Assembly: GCA_965226555.1 (NCBI GenBank)
Contig: CBDDDG010000010.1
Location: forward strand, 192,001-256,000
Reading direction: 5' to 3'
From: Salinispira sp.
GTDB lineage: Bacteria > Spirochaetota > Spirochaetia > DSM-27196 > Salinispiraceae
DNA: 64,000 nucleotides
The notes beneath the pieces were generated by a model that was not told where the DNA came from, ran no database searches, and worked only from the letters and a program-made list of their open reading frames with translations. Shown one piece after another: positions 32,166 through 42,890 of this stretch (the stretch's first letter is position 1; each line of letters starts with the position of its first letter). The position numbers were made by a program, and so were the translations under genes.

Positions 32166-33633
32166 AGAACGGCACATTAAAGAAAAGCTCATAGATTTGG
32201 AGCCGAAGCAACTACAGTTGCTGAAAACAATTATTACGCGCCACATTCCCAACAAAACCGTTTGGGCCTACGGCTCCCGCGTAACATGGAAGGCATCGGA
32301 AACATCCGATTTGGATTTGGTTGTTTTTGGCTCTCATTCAGGCAAAATATTTGACCTGAAAGAATCCTTTGTTGAGAGTTCCCTTCTGATTTCGGTTGAT
32401 GTAATGGATTGGGAAAGCATTCCCGACAGCTTCAAAGAAAACATTAGAAAGAAGTATGTGGTGATTCAGCAAAGCTCCGTGCCGGAGGGGTGGCGGGAAG
32501 TGAAGTTCGAAAACATAGCCCATTTGGTCAAAAATACATGGCGAGTCGGTGATGAAAAATTACCATATGTAGGACTAGAACATATTGATAAGAACAGACT
32601 AAGGTTAAATAGTGTTGGAAATTCTGATTCTATCTCAAGCAATAAATTCAGATTTGCCGTTGGAGATACTCTTTTTGGAAGGTTAAACCCATATTTTAGA
32701 AAAGTCATAAAGCCGAAGTTTGAAGGAATTTGCTCTACGGATATTTGGGTTGTCCGACCAAAAGAAAATGTAAACAAAGATTATCTCTTTTACTTTTTTG
32801 CGAATCAAGAACTAGTGGATATTGCCTCATCATCATCAATGGGCACAAGTCTGCCGAGAGCAGATTGGGATTTTCTTTCAGAAACCACATGGAAACTCCC
32901 CCCGCCCCCCGAACAAAAAGCCATTGCCGAAGTCCTATCATCTCTGGACGACAAAATAGACCTGCTCCATCGCCAAAACACAACTCTGGAAAATATGGCG
33001 CAGACCTTGTTCCGCAAGTGGTTTGTGGAAGATGCGGATGAGGGATGGAAAGATGTTGAGTTAGGTGAGACCGTCAATATAGCCATTGGGAGAACCCCGC
33101 CAAGAAAAGAACATGAATGGTTTTCTAAGAAACCAGGTGATTGGAAATGGGTCTCCATTAAGGACATGGGAAAATGCGGGGTGTATATTTTTGACACCGC
33201 TGAATACCTGACTCAAGCAGCAGTTGAAAAATACAATATCCCTGTCATACCAAATAAAACCGTCATTCTTAGTTTTAAAATGACACTAGGAAGAGTAGGA
33301 ATAACAACCGAAGATATGCTATCCAATGAAGCAATAGCGCATTTCAAGTTTCGTCCCGGCACACCGTATAGCCGAGAGTATCTCTATTTTTTCCTGAAAT
33401 TATTCAAGTTTGCCTCTCTGGGAAGCACATCCTCAATCGTAACATCAATAAACACGGAAATGATTAGATCATTCAAAATTCCCATACCAGATGCAGAATC
33501 TATGTCCAAATTCGAAGGTATCGGTAAACTACTATTTGAGGGAATACACTCTAACCAATCACAAATCCGTACACTCGAAAACCTACGGAATCTGCTTTTG
33601 CCAAAACTGATGAGCGGGAAAGCGAGAATATGA
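32158..33633 (+). CDS. hsdS: Fusion of a minimal nucleotidyltransferase (MNT) and a type I specificity subunit HsdS
   Basis: N-terminal YGSR...SDLDL...VDV; then PEGW, PPPEQKAIAEVLSSLDDKI, two TRDs, LLPKLMSG. Confidence 0.9.
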   Translation: MSKERHIKEKLIDLEPKQLQLLKTIITRHIPNKTVWAYGSRVTWKASETSDLDLVVFGSHSGKIFDLKESFVESSLLISVDVMDWESIPDSFKENIRKKYVVIQQSSVPEGWREVKFENIAHLVKNTWRVGDEKLPYVGLEHIDKNRLRLNSVGNSDSISSNKFRFAVGDTLFGRLNPYFRKVIKPKFEGICSTDIWVVRPKENVNKDYLFYFFANQELVDIASSSSMGTSLPRADWDFLSETTWKLPPPPEQKAIAEVLSSLDDKIDLLHRQNTTLENMAQTLFRKWFVEDADEGWKDVELGETVNIAIGRTPPRKEHEWFSKKPGDWKWVSIKDMGKCGVYIFDTAEYLTQAAVEKYNIPVIPNKTVILSFKMTLGRVGITTEDMLSNEAIAHFKFRPGTPYSREYLYFFLKLFKFASLGSTSSIVTSINTEMIRSFKIPIPDAESMSKFEGIGKLLFEGIHSNQSQIRTLENLRNLLLPKLMSGKARI

Positions 33634-36011
33634 TTAAGAAAATATTGAAAATTGAGAATATGGGATCATTCAAGAATTTTGAGTGGGATTCTTCCATGAG
33701 TGATGGTGGTAACAACATAGTTGAATTTAAAAAGGTAAATATATTCTACGGAAGAAACTATTCAGGAAAAACAACGCTTTCTCGAATCTTTCGTGCAATA
33801 GAAAAAAATGAACTGCCACCAAATTATAAAGATGTGTATTTTTCTTTTTCAGATGAAAACAATAATGAAATTTCACAAGACTCTTTGGCAAACTATACCA
33901 AAAACATAAGAGTATTTAACAAGGACTTTATGAAAGAAAATTTGAATTTCATCTACGATGAAGACAGAGATATCAAATCATTTGCAATTCTGGGACAAGA
34001 GAACACAAAAATCCAAGAGCAGATAAATGAATTGGAGAATCAGTTAGGTTCAGAAGAAGAGAAAACAGGTCTTTATGGTAAATTAGCAACTGCCGAAGAC
34101 AAGCAGGAAGAAGCTCAAAACAAGCACACGGAAGCTATTGAGGAATTGGATAATACATTAAGAAATAAAGCTCGTAACATAAAACAGGCAGCTGAGGAGT
34201 TTGGAGATGTAAACTATGATATTAGAAAAATTAAAACAGATATTGATTTGGTGAAAAAATTCTCATATTCACCTATCACTCCAGAGAAGAAAAAACAATT
34301 CAAGGATATCATAAAGGAAAAGGCAAAACATCAAATGATACCCCTCACAGCGATGAGTCTACACTTTGATGATTTATCAAAAAAAACCAATATACTGGTT
34401 GAAAAAGAAATTTCTGTTACAAAACCTATACAGGAACTTTTAAATGACTCCACATTACAAAAATGGGTATTAAATGGAATGGAACTCCATCGCAAAAGAA
34501 ATCGGTGTGGATTTTGTGGGCAATCTCTGCCGAAAGATATATGGAAAAAACTGGAAGACCACTTTAATGAAGAATCAAAAAATCTTACAAGCGAAATCGA
34601 ATCACTTGTGCAAGAAGTAGAGCAAGAAAGAAAAATGGTCTCGGGTTATAGAGAAAACGATACATTGAAAAAAATGAACTACTATTCAAATTTTCATGAT
34701 GAACTAGATACTAATATGACAAGATACAAGAATGAATCAGAAAAATATTGCAAAGCCTTAGAATTGTTAATGAAACAACTTAACTACAGAAAGGAAAATA
34801 TACTCAAACATGGTAGTTTTCAAAATTGCAATTCGAGCGCATTTGAATTACTTAAAGCCGTGAAGAATTTGCTCGGTATTATTAAGAAATCAAACAAATT
34901 CTCCTACTCATTGTCTGACAAGCAGAAGCTGGCAAAAGAATCTTTACGGTTGCATGAAGTGGAGAAATTCATTAAAGACATCCGTTATGATAAAAAAAAC
35001 AAAACAATCAGTGATTTGGAATCTGATAAGTTAGCTGCGAAAAAAGATTACGCCGAGAAATTGGAAAATGTGGAATATCAAATTGAAAAAATAGAACCCC
35101 TGAGAACCGAATTAAAAGATGAGTCCAAAGCTGCAGGAAAAATCAATAGTCTTTTAAAATCTCATTTTAGACATGACTCTTTGTCATTACATGCTATTGA
35201 AAAAGAAGATGGAGATTCAAAAACATATCAATTTGAGATAAGAAGAGAAAATGAGAAAGCATACAACTTAAGTGAAGGTGAATGTAGCCTGATTGCATTT
35301 TGCTATTTTGTAGCGAGTCTTAGTGATAGTGAGACGGGAGAAACACCTCTTATTTGGATTGACGACCCTATATCAAGCCTTGACTCCAACCACATATTTT
35401 TTGTTTATAGTATGATTCACAGCGAAATTGTGAAACCAAAGAAATATGAACAGCTATTTATTGCAACACATAATCTTGATTTTCTTAAATATCTCAAAAG
35501 AATTTCGAAAGATTGGGAAGGAAAAGGTAAAAACAAAAAGAAGATACGCGAATTCTTTCTTGTGGAAAAAGAACAAAAAAACAGTACAGTTTCAGTAATG
35601 CCACGATATCTTAAGGAATATGCCACCGAGTTTAATTACCTGTTTGGAAAAATTTATAAATGCGCCACAGCAGACAAATCTGATGATAGCAACTATCAGG
35701 ATTTCCTCAGCTTTGGAAACAATGCAAGGAAGTTTTTAGAACTTTTCCTCTATTATCGCTATCCCAGCACAATAGAGGATCATGAGAAGCAGAGGAAATT
35801 TTTTGGAAAAGAAGAAAACATTCCTACCATTCTAACAAGGAAACTTACAAACGAACGTTCACATTTATCTGGACAATTGGAACGGGGTGCACAACCCATT
35901 GATACGGAAATAGCAGAAATACAAAATGTTGCTAACCTGATACTCGATAAAATCAAAAAGTATAATAAAGGGCAATATAATGAACTTGTGAAAAGCATTG
36001 GAGCTGATTAA
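33630..36011 (+). CDS. RloC-like ABC/SMC ATPase with zinc hook and C-terminal HEPN domain
   Basis: GRNYSGKT, CGFC hook within coiled coil, LSEGE, IDDPISSLD, THN; RKFLE...RKLTNERSH. Confidence 0.85.
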   Translation: MIKKILKIENMGSFKNFEWDSSMSDGGNNIVEFKKVNIFYGRNYSGKTTLSRIFRAIEKNELPPNYKDVYFSFSDENNNEISQDSLANYTKNIRVFNKDFMKENLNFIYDEDRDIKSFAILGQENTKIQEQINELENQLGSEEEKTGLYGKLATAEDKQEEAQNKHTEAIEELDNTLRNKARNIKQAAEEFGDVNYDIRKIKTDIDLVKKFSYSPITPEKKKQFKDIIKEKAKHQMIPLTAMSLHFDDLSKKTNILVEKEISVTKPIQELLNDSTLQKWVLNGMELHRKRNRCGFCGQSLPKDIWKKLEDHFNEESKNLTSEIESLVQEVEQERKMVSGYRENDTLKKMNYYSNFHDELDTNMTRYKNESEKYCKALELLMKQLNYRKENILKHGSFQNCNSSAFELLKAVKNLLGIIKKSNKFSYSLSDKQKLAKESLRLHEVEKFIKDIRYDKKNKTISDLESDKLAAKKDYAEKLENVEYQIEKIEPLRTELKDESKAAGKINSLLKSHFRHDSLSLHAIEKEDGDSKTYQFEIRRENEKAYNLSEGECSLIAFCYFVASLSDSETGETPLIWIDDPISSLDSNHIFFVYSMIHSEIVKPKKYEQLFIATHNLDFLKYLKRISKDWEGKGKNKKKIREFFLVEKEQKNSTVSVMPRYLKEYATEFNYLFGKIYKCATADKSDDSNYQDFLSFGNNARKFLELFLYYRYPSTIEDHEKQRKFFGKEENIPTILTRKLTNERSHLSGQLERGAQPIDTEIAEIQNVANLILDKIKKYNKGQYNELVKSIGAD

Positions 36012-36167
36012 ACCGAATTGGATAACAGATAATATTCACAAAAATGATAAAAAAAGATACAAGATTAGACATTTTTAAAACTGCATTATTCATCTTAATG
36101 GTACTATAGTACATGAAACCTCCGTAGGAAATTGACTGTGATGTGAAATGTATTTTATAGTCTATTT

Positions 36168-37103
36168 TTAGTTTAGTAGTCTTCTGTTTTTATTTTCAAT
36201 TCTTTTTTGTGCTTTTTTAGCAATATTAATTAAGTTTAATTTCTTTGGAGCATTACGTTTCAAATTTTCTTCAAATTTTTTCAGATTACCTGAGTCTTTT
36301 GCCGCAGATGCTTTAATAATATCAATTAAATCATCAATTTGTTTAACTCCAATAATCATTCCGCCTGTAACATTGGCTACCCATGAAAAAAAATTGGGAT
36401 GTCCCAGACAAGATACTCTTTCAGAAAAATCGCCGACATCTGTATCTTTCAGTTGTTGTAATTCGTCATCCGAATAACCTCCGCCACAAAAAACACTATT
36501 GACGATAATGTTATTTCCAAACATTTTTTTTGTTAAATCAAAATAACTGTATTGATTAGGACATTGAGCAGGTTCATGAGGTTGGGCATCACCAAATAAA
36601 ACTACAGAACGATTACCAATTTCTCGCCAATTCAAATTGATAATATCATTAAATGCATCTTCCACGGCTTCATCAAATGTGTTATTCCCATTGTGATCAA
36701 CAGAGATACTTTCAATAAAATACTGCAATTGTTCAATATCCTTGGTTAATTGACACACTTTTGTAAGGTAAGGCAGGTGATCATCATGATCTAAATAAAA
36801 AATAATTCCTATTTTCAAATTTTTAATCATAGGGAAAAGTTCTTTACATAAGTCTTTAAATTTATCTTTCAATATCCTATGATATTCTGTCATTGAAGCT
36901 GTCAAATCTCCTACCAAAACCAAATCAAGTCCTTGATTCTTTTGATAAATATCTTGTTGAACTGATTTAGTTTCTTTCATTGCTTTAGCAACAGCTGTTT
37001 TTTTACTTAAATCCAAAGTTTGTATTTTCTTTTTTTTAGTTACTTTAGATAATGAACCAGTTTTTTTAACAGCAGGTAAATTCAATTTTTTGTCATCACT
37101 CAT
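36168..37103 (-). CDS. von Willebrand factor A domain protein
   Basis: DLVLVGDLTASM MIDAS-like motif; EAVEDA...NWR...VVLFGDAQPH. Confidence 0.85.
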   Translation of the reverse strand: MSDDKKLNLPAVKKTGSLSKVTKKKKIQTLDLSKKTAVAKAMKETKSVQQDIYQKNQGLDLVLVGDLTASMTEYHRILKDKFKDLCKELFPMIKNLKIGIIFYLDHDDHLPYLTKVCQLTKDIEQLQYFIESISVDHNGNNTFDEAVEDAFNDIINLNWREIGNRSVVLFGDAQPHEPAQCPNQYSYFDLTKKMFGNNIIVNSVFCGGGYSDDELQQLKDTDVGDFSERVSCLGHPNFFSWVANVTGGMIIGVKQIDDLIDIIKASAAKDSGNLKKFEENLKRNAPKKLNLINIAKKAQKRIENKNRRLLN

Positions 37104-37123
37104 TGTTTTTCTCCTTGATTGCT

Positions 37124-38488
37124 TTATTTTCTTTTATCATCATAATCCTTTCTTTTATTTTCATCTGATAATATTTCGTATGCTTTATTCAGTTCTTTCA
37201 TTTTCTCCTCTGATTCTTTCTTTTTCTCCTCTGATGCGTTATCAGGATTATCAGGGTGATATTTCTTTGCCAACTTCCTATAAGCCCCTTTTATTTCTTC
37301 GGGCGTGGCATTTTTCTCGACACCTAATATTTCATAATAATCGGTTTGATCTTCTTCACTATTTTCTTCTTCCTGTGACTCATCAAATATTTTAGCTAAT
37401 ATTTGTATTAACAATTCATAATTTTTACATGTTGCCAAACCAAACATAATATACCTGTATGCCGATGAAAACTCCCATGCTTTTTTAGATTTCTCTGCAT
37501 CTAAAAAATAATCATCAATTTGCTCAATCCATTTTTCTACACCATCTATTGGTTCATTTGAAATGGCATGTTCTTTTATCTGTTCTGATTGTATTCTCAA
37601 GTCATCAAATGATACATCAAGTTCATTGAGCGGAGTTGCAAAACCTTGAAACGTCCCTTTGCAATATTTCTCCTGTAATTCGTCAAATTCTTTTGCTTTA
37701 TCTTCCGATAACTTTTTGGCCTGCCTAATAGCTTCTTGTACAACAATTTTAGCTTCTTTACCTTCTTCACTTCTATCAAACTTTATAGCATCTGCTGTAT
37801 CTTTAATTTTTTCTATATCTGCTAGTTTTCTATCGTATTCTTCAATTTTTTCTTTTAATTTCTGTTCTATTTCTCCTCTTTCTTCTTCAAACTTTCTTTC
37901 TCTTTCTGTTATTTCTTCATCTTTTTTTTCAGCATTTTGAAAAATTTTCTTTGACTCTCTTTTTTGACGATTAATATCGGTTTTTCTTTCTTTTAAATTT
38001 GATTCTAATTCTTTTAATTCCTTTTCTTTTTGTACAATTTCACGATTTTTTTGTTCAAATTCTTCTTTTATTTTTTGGGCAGAATTAACCTCTTTTTTAG
38101 CCTTCTTTTCTCGTTTTCTAATATCATCTCTTTCATTATCCAAACTCTTATCTTTTTGTCTAACTCTCGACTCTTCTTGCCTAACAGTAGATTGTCTCGC
38201 TTCAATATTAATTTCGTGTTTTCGTATCTCTTTTACTCTCTCGTCCGAAGAATGTTCTTTTTCTTTTACATTAGTCTCCCTTTGTAAAAGAATATTTTTA
38301 GTTTTGTCATTTTCTAAAACCAGTTGAGTGAGATTTTTAGATTCTTGACCAACTTTTTTAGATTCATTAACAAGTTCAGCACCAATTTTTAAACTACTTT
38401 CTTGAATCTTTGTATTAGTTGCTATTTTCTCATCTAATACTTGTCTTCTATTTTTACCACCGAGACCGAATTTTTTTAACCACTCCAT
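37124..38488 (-). CDS. Long coiled-coil protein with C-terminal J-domain
   Basis: DYYEILGV...[15 protein letters not shown]...[17 protein letters not shown]-rich heptad region. Confidence 0.88.
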   Translation of the reverse strand: MEWLKKFGLGGKNRRQVLDEKIATNTKIQESSLKIGAELVNESKKVGQESKNLTQLVLENDKTKNILLQRETNVKEKEHSSDERVKEIRKHEINIEARQSTVRQEESRVRQKDKSLDNERDDIRKREKKAKKEVNSAQKIKEEFEQKNREIVQKEKELKELESNLKERKTDINRQKRESKKIFQNAEKKDEEITERERKFEEERGEIEQKLKEKIEEYDRKLADIEKIKDTADAIKFDRSEEGKEAKIVVQEAIRQAKKLSEDKAKEFDELQEKYCKGTFQGFATPLNELDVSFDDLRIQSEQIKEHAISNEPIDGVEKWIEQIDDYFLDAEKSKKAWEFSSAYRYIMFGLATCKNYELLIQILAKIFDESQEEENSEEDQTDYYEILGVEKNATPEEIKGAYRKLAKKYHPDNPDNASEEKKKESEEKMKELNKAYEILSDENKRKDYDDKRK

Positions 38489-38695
38489 TCTTTTTCCTTT
38501 ATTAAGAAACAAAAACAATCCATTAACATTAAATATTTCACAAACCTCATTTTTGTACAATAAGAGTATATTGTGCAGACACTAAAAAACAATACTACCC
38601 CATAAATTGTTTGTATGTCGATTTTTATGGAAACAATTTTAAGATAGGTTTTATAGCCAGCTCCCCAAAGAACGAAATCCTGCATAAATCTAATA

Positions 38696-38721
38696 GAAAC
38701 TTTTGCATTTTGTAAAACTTT
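38696..38721. repeat. Palindromic mini-element interrupted at its end by IS3
   Basis: gaaacttttgcattttgtaaaacttt, with the final c at 39990 beyond the IS. Confidence 0.75.
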
Positions 38722-38784
38722 TGATCTTGCTTCGATTTAACGGACACTCTTCTAAGCACGATACTATAGGGAGAGGAGAGTGTT

Positions 38785-39069
38785 ATGGAAACACGGAAAG
38801 TCAGAAAATTCTATGATGAGGATTTTAAGGAACAGGCTGTGGAGCTTGCCAAAGAAATTGGCACGAAGCAGGCGACGGAAAAGCTGGGTATAGCAAGTTA
38901 TCATACCCTCGCGAAATGGGTTCGGAACGACCAGAAAGGTCCCGAGTTTCGGGAACTTCAGGAAGCCCTGGCCGAGAACAAACGATTGAGAAAGGAACTG
39001 CGCGCCGAGAAAAAGGCGGTGGCAATACTCAATGATGCAATGGTTTTTTTTGCAGAAAGGAGAACCTGA
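38785..39069 (+). CDS. IS3 OrfA
   Basis: YDEDFKEQAVEL HTH plus leucine-zipper-like tail. Confidence 0.9.
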   Translation: METRKVRKFYDEDFKEQAVELAKEIGTKQATEKLGIASYHTLAKWVRNDQKGPEFRELQEALAENKRLRKELRAEKKAVAILNDAMVFFAERRT

Positions 39070-39955
39070 AATGAAGTATCGGGGAATTGAGCAGCTGAAG
39101 CAGACCGGACATGCTGTTGCACCATGCTGCAAACTTCTGAAGGCGTCCAGCTCGGGATTCTATGACTGGCTTAAGCGAGAACCGTCCACAAACACCCGCA
39201 GGGATGATGAGCTTGCGGGTAAAATTCTGCGTATGTATACTGAAAATAAGGGATGCTACGGTTCGCCCCGAATTCACCGGCTGCTGCATCTTCATGGTGA
39301 AGAAATCGGAAGGAACCGGGTCGCCCGGCTTATGAGGGAATCGGGGCTCAATGCGGGGAGAACGAAGGCATATCGCCCGCGAACAACAATGAGCAATCCA
39401 TCCCAGAAGAAGTCTCCGCGGGTGTTTCGCATTGAAAGCTCCACGGTTACGAAAGCGAATGAGGTCTGGGCATCGGACCTCACGTACCTGCCCGCCGGCG
39501 CAGGATTTGCGTACCTTGTTGTGGTTCTGGACATCTATACCCGGGAAATTAAAGGCTGGAATGTCAGTGATTCCATGGAGAGTAAACAGACAGAAAATGC
39601 CCTGTTACAGGCCGTACGGAGAACTCCTGGGGAGTTGAATAGCGTGGTCTTTCATTCAGACCAGGGAACGCAGTATTGCGCGCAGAGCATTCGAGATAAA
39701 CTGGAAATGTTACATATTACCCAGTCGATGTCGAGAAGGGGAAATTGCTACGATAATGCCTTTGTGGAAAGTTTTTTTCACACGCTGAAGAATGAGCTTG
39801 GTAAGCCGAGGTTTCAGAACCTTCAGGAGGCGCGGAAGATAGTTTTTGAATACATCAACTGGTATAACCGAGAGAGGCTTCATTCTTCTCTTGACTATAT
39901 GAGTCCGATGAATTATGCTTTGAAAACAGCAGGAGAATCCTGTTGTGTTGCTTAG
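39032..39955 (+). CDS. IS3 OrfB DDE transposase
   Basis: YGSPR, WASDLTY, HSDQGTQY, GNCYDNAFVESFF, YNRER.HSSL. Confidence 0.95.
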   Translation: MMQWFFLQKGEPEMKYRGIEQLKQTGHAVAPCCKLLKASSSGFYDWLKREPSTNTRRDDELAGKILRMYTENKGCYGSPRIHRLLHLHGEEIGRNRVARLMRESGLNAGRTKAYRPRTTMSNPSQKKSPRVFRIESSTVTKANEVWASDLTYLPAGAGFAYLVVVLDIYTREIKGWNVSDSMESKQTENALLQAVRRTPGELNSVVFHSDQGTQYCAQSIRDKLEMLHITQSMSRRGNCYDNAFVESFFHTLKNELGKPRFQNLQEARKIVFEYINWYNRERLHSSLDYMSPMNYALKTAGESCCVA

Positions 39956-40005
39956 CGGATTGTCCGAATTTTCGAAGCAAGATCACTTTCACATAGAATA
40001 ACCCC

Positions 40006-41745
40006 ATGAAATTGACTCTAAAAAAAGAATACAAAAGCATTACCTTAGCAGATAAAAACGATTTTGAAAGCTTAGACCTACCAAGTTTTTCCGTTATAAC
40101 AGGAACAAACGGAAGCGGCAAAACACATTTCCTCGAAGCAATCGACAACACTCACATTTCAATTGATAGCAACAAAGTAGCCATTTTATTTAACTACAAC
40201 AACTTTCTTTTAGACAATACAGTGGGTGAAAATGCGCACGGAGACAAGCGGCGCCCCAAAAAATACAACGATGTTATTGGACTTTTTGAAAATGATATGT
40301 TTCTTGGACTTATAGGACATTGCAATGAAAATACTGCCTGTGAATTAGTTGACGAATTCCTTAACAACGGCAAATCTGAAAAGTTTCATAATTTAATTTT
40401 GAAATGCATCAAACAAGCAGGACACCCGGGAAGAATGCCAGAAGGTATTCAGTGGTTTCGATATAGTTTTAAGGTTTTAGAAGAAAACAACTTCATAAAA
40501 GACTTAAAAGAATCTGGATTACCAACACAAGAGTTTCTCCATAACTATAAAATGATGAGTTTAAGTTCTCTGATAGGCAGGTCTATATCCAATGACTATA
40601 AAATTTACTTGTCAGATTCTTACAATGCTAGACTCAAAAGCAAACAATTTTGCTCAGAAAACACACAAAACTATCAAAACCCCTTGAAGATATTCAATGA
40701 TGTGTTAAAAAAATACTCCTGCAATGATTTTTTGTTTGTTGAGAATAAAAAAATTAAGGATGCCGAACCCAGAGATATCCTATCTTTGGGCGAAACGACT
40801 TCAGAAAAGTTTAAAAAACATCTAATTCAATTAAAGTTGGTAAATCCTGAAGGATTGGAAATTGATGTTGAGCAATTATCTTCTGGAGAAAAAACTCTGC
40901 TCGCCCTGTCTTCCTTTGTGTATAAAAATACTTACAACAGAAAACTAAGCGGAATGTATAGAGAGGACATTGTTTTATTATTGGATGAGATAGATACCAA
41001 TCTGCACCCGTCCATGGTGAAACAAATGTTGGAAGTTATCAAAGATGTATTTGTAGGTGAGTATAAATACGATGTCATTATGGTTACACACTCGCCCACA
41101 ACTATTGCACTCGCGCCTGAAGGATCGGTTTTTGTAATGCGCAGGAAAAACGATGTGGGAAAGCGTCTGGAACAAACAACTAACGAATATGCCGTAAATA
41201 CTCTCACGGAAGGTTTTGCTACTCTAGACAAAGGCATTCATCTATTTGACCAAGTTGCCAGAGAAAAAATCTCAATAATCACCGAAGGAAACAACACCCA
41301 ATACATAGAAAAGGCCTTATCATTTTATTACGAAGGCGATGATATTGGAATATTAACCGGAGCTGAGGGCAGGTCTGGAAAAAACATACTGAAAACTTTG
41401 TTTCAATTGTTTACGAGGTTCAATCATAACAACAAAGTAATTTTTGTCTTTGACTGCGATACTGCTCAAGAAATGTCTTCTTTGAAAGATGAAAACAATA
41501 CCTATGCTTTTGTATTTGAGAAAAACGAAGAAAATGACAAAGTTAAAAAAGGTATTGAGAATTTATTTCCCAAAGAAAGATTTTTAGATGAGTTTTATAC
41601 ACAAAAACCATTAGACGATGGAGGGCAAACAGAACATTTGGATAAAAATTGTTTTATGGATTTTATGTTGAATGATGGAACCGAACAGGATTTTGCGAAA
41701 TTCCGCCCGTTAATAGATAAAATTAACGAACTAAAGAAAGGTTAA
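40006..41745 (+). CDS. ABC ATPase with C-terminal TOPRIM-like domain (OLD-like architecture)
   Basis: GTNGSGKT, LSSGE, LLDEID..LHP, THSP; ITEG...FDCD...IENLF. Confidence 0.8.
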   Translation: MKLTLKKEYKSITLADKNDFESLDLPSFSVITGTNGSGKTHFLEAIDNTHISIDSNKVAILFNYNNFLLDNTVGENAHGDKRRPKKYNDVIGLFENDMFLGLIGHCNENTACELVDEFLNNGKSEKFHNLILKCIKQAGHPGRMPEGIQWFRYSFKVLEENNFIKDLKESGLPTQEFLHNYKMMSLSSLIGRSISNDYKIYLSDSYNARLKSKQFCSENTQNYQNPLKIFNDVLKKYSCNDFLFVENKKIKDAEPRDILSLGETTSEKFKKHLIQLKLVNPEGLEIDVEQLSSGEKTLLALSSFVYKNTYNRKLSGMYREDIVLLLDEIDTNLHPSMVKQMLEVIKDVFVGEYKYDVIMVTHSPTTIALAPEGSVFVMRRKNDVGKRLEQTTNEYAVNTLTEGFATLDKGIHLFDQVAREKISIITEGNNTQYIEKALSFYYEGDDIGILTGAEGRSGKNILKTLFQLFTRFNHNNKVIFVFDCDTAQEMSSLKDENNTYAFVFEKNEENDKVKKGIENLFPKERFLDEFYTQKPLDDGGQTEHLDKNCFMDFMLNDGTEQDFAKFRPLIDKINELKKG

Positions 41746-41778
41746 ATCGAAATCGAATATGACCACCATCTACGAATC
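41736..41778 (+). repeat. 43 bp direct repeat (second copy at 42566-42608): gene end + spacer + first 20 nt of an hsdR-like start
   Basis: 40/43 identical by eye. Confidence 0.9.
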
Positions 41779-41840
41779 TTGCAAATCCGCGTGATAAATA
41801 CGATGATAGTCGCAATCAATAATTAGATAGGGTAAAACTG

Positions 41841-42575
41841 ATGCCAGATATAGATAATAAAACAGTACACGCCGCGTATGCTGAAGCCAAGCAGGTTTAT
41901 GAAGGCTTAGAAAAAAAAGCCGCAGCCGACAAGCGCTTGGTTAAGGAGCACGGCATGAACCGTTCATCGGCAAGCGATTATGTAAAACGCTTCCAGGAAA
42001 TGATGGCGGGTAAAGTATACAAACGAACAATTAATATTTATGCGACCGACTATTATTTGGGTCAAATATTGGCGGACTATGGCGTAGAAAAGTTACGATT
42101 TGCCATCCATTCTGTTAATTTACATATCGCGTACTATAAAAAGAAAACAGGCGCCAATTCAGGTGAAACTCAAAAAATTGTGTCACGCTATGAAGAAAAA
42201 ATGCGATTAGCAGAATTCTCCCATCCTGATGAGCTGGACGAAGACGACAGCAAGCAGATTTTCGAAGGGGCAAAAAAGCACGTGGTAGTCAATTCGTATG
42301 AGCGCAACCCGAAAGGGCGAGTCGAATGCATCGAGTATTATGGCCTTCGTTGTGCAGTGTGTGAATTTGATTTTGAGAAAACCTACGGCACTGTCGGCGC
42401 AAGGTATATTCATGTGCATCATCTAACGCCGATATCGGAAATAGGGCGTGAATACACTCTTGACCCGATTGAAGATTTGCGTCCGGTGTGTCCAAATTGC
42501 CACGCAATGTTGCACAAAAACAAACCGCCCTACACACTAGAAGAGTTGCGGGAAAAAATAAAAACGAAAGGTTAA
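41841..42575 (+). CDS. HNH endonuclease (McrA-like C-terminal domain)
   Basis: ERN, CAVC, IHVHH, DLRPVCPNCHAMLH. Confidence 0.9.
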   Translation: MPDIDNKTVHAAYAEAKQVYEGLEKKAAADKRLVKEHGMNRSSASDYVKRFQEMMAGKVYKRTINIYATDYYLGQILADYGVEKLRFAIHSVNLHIAYYKKKTGANSGETQKIVSRYEEKMRLAEFSHPDELDEDDSKQIFEGAKKHVVVNSYERNPKGRVECIEYYGLRCAVCEFDFEKTYGTVGARYIHVHHLTPISEIGREYTLDPIEDLRPVCPNCHAMLHKNKPPYTLEELREKIKTKG

Positions 42576-42588
42576 AGCGAAATCGAAT

Positions 42589-42744
42589 ATGACCCCCATC
42601 CACGAATCCAACATAGAAAAACTTGCCATTGAGCTCCTCCGGCAGCAGGGCTACACCTACATTGCGCCCGATCAGCAGGAAACGGATCGGGACAGCGCCG
42701 CGGAAGTTGTTCTGAAGCCGCGGCTGCAACAGGCAATTGACTAG
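42589..42744 (+). pseudogene. Duplicated hsdR 5' fragment (150 bp, 51 aa)
   Basis: 42589-42738 aligns ungapped with 43850-43999. Confidence 0.92.
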
Positions 42745-42890
42745 TTCATAAGCCAATTCAACCATACCAGCCCCCCATTCCCGACTCCCCGAAAAAAATT
42801 CACAAATTTTGCAAACTTTTTTCAAATTCTTTTCAAAAAACATAGTCAAAAATGACAGTTCTCCCGTTATAGATATAGCAGGAGGTATGT

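Larger units (their letters stand above)
38722..39985 (+). mobile_element. IS3-family insertion sequence, apparently intact
   Basis: TG...CA ends with IR tgatcttgcttcga/tcgaagcaagatca; 4 bp CTTT duplication (38718-38721, 39986-39989); orfA/orfB overlap at T8 (39044-39051). Confidence 0.95.

Noticed and set aside
36006..36025. ttaaaccgaattggata after the RloC-like gene as a fourth hsdR-start repeat
   Set aside because: Similarity to ttaaatcgaaatcgaata is too short and no hsdR codons follow.
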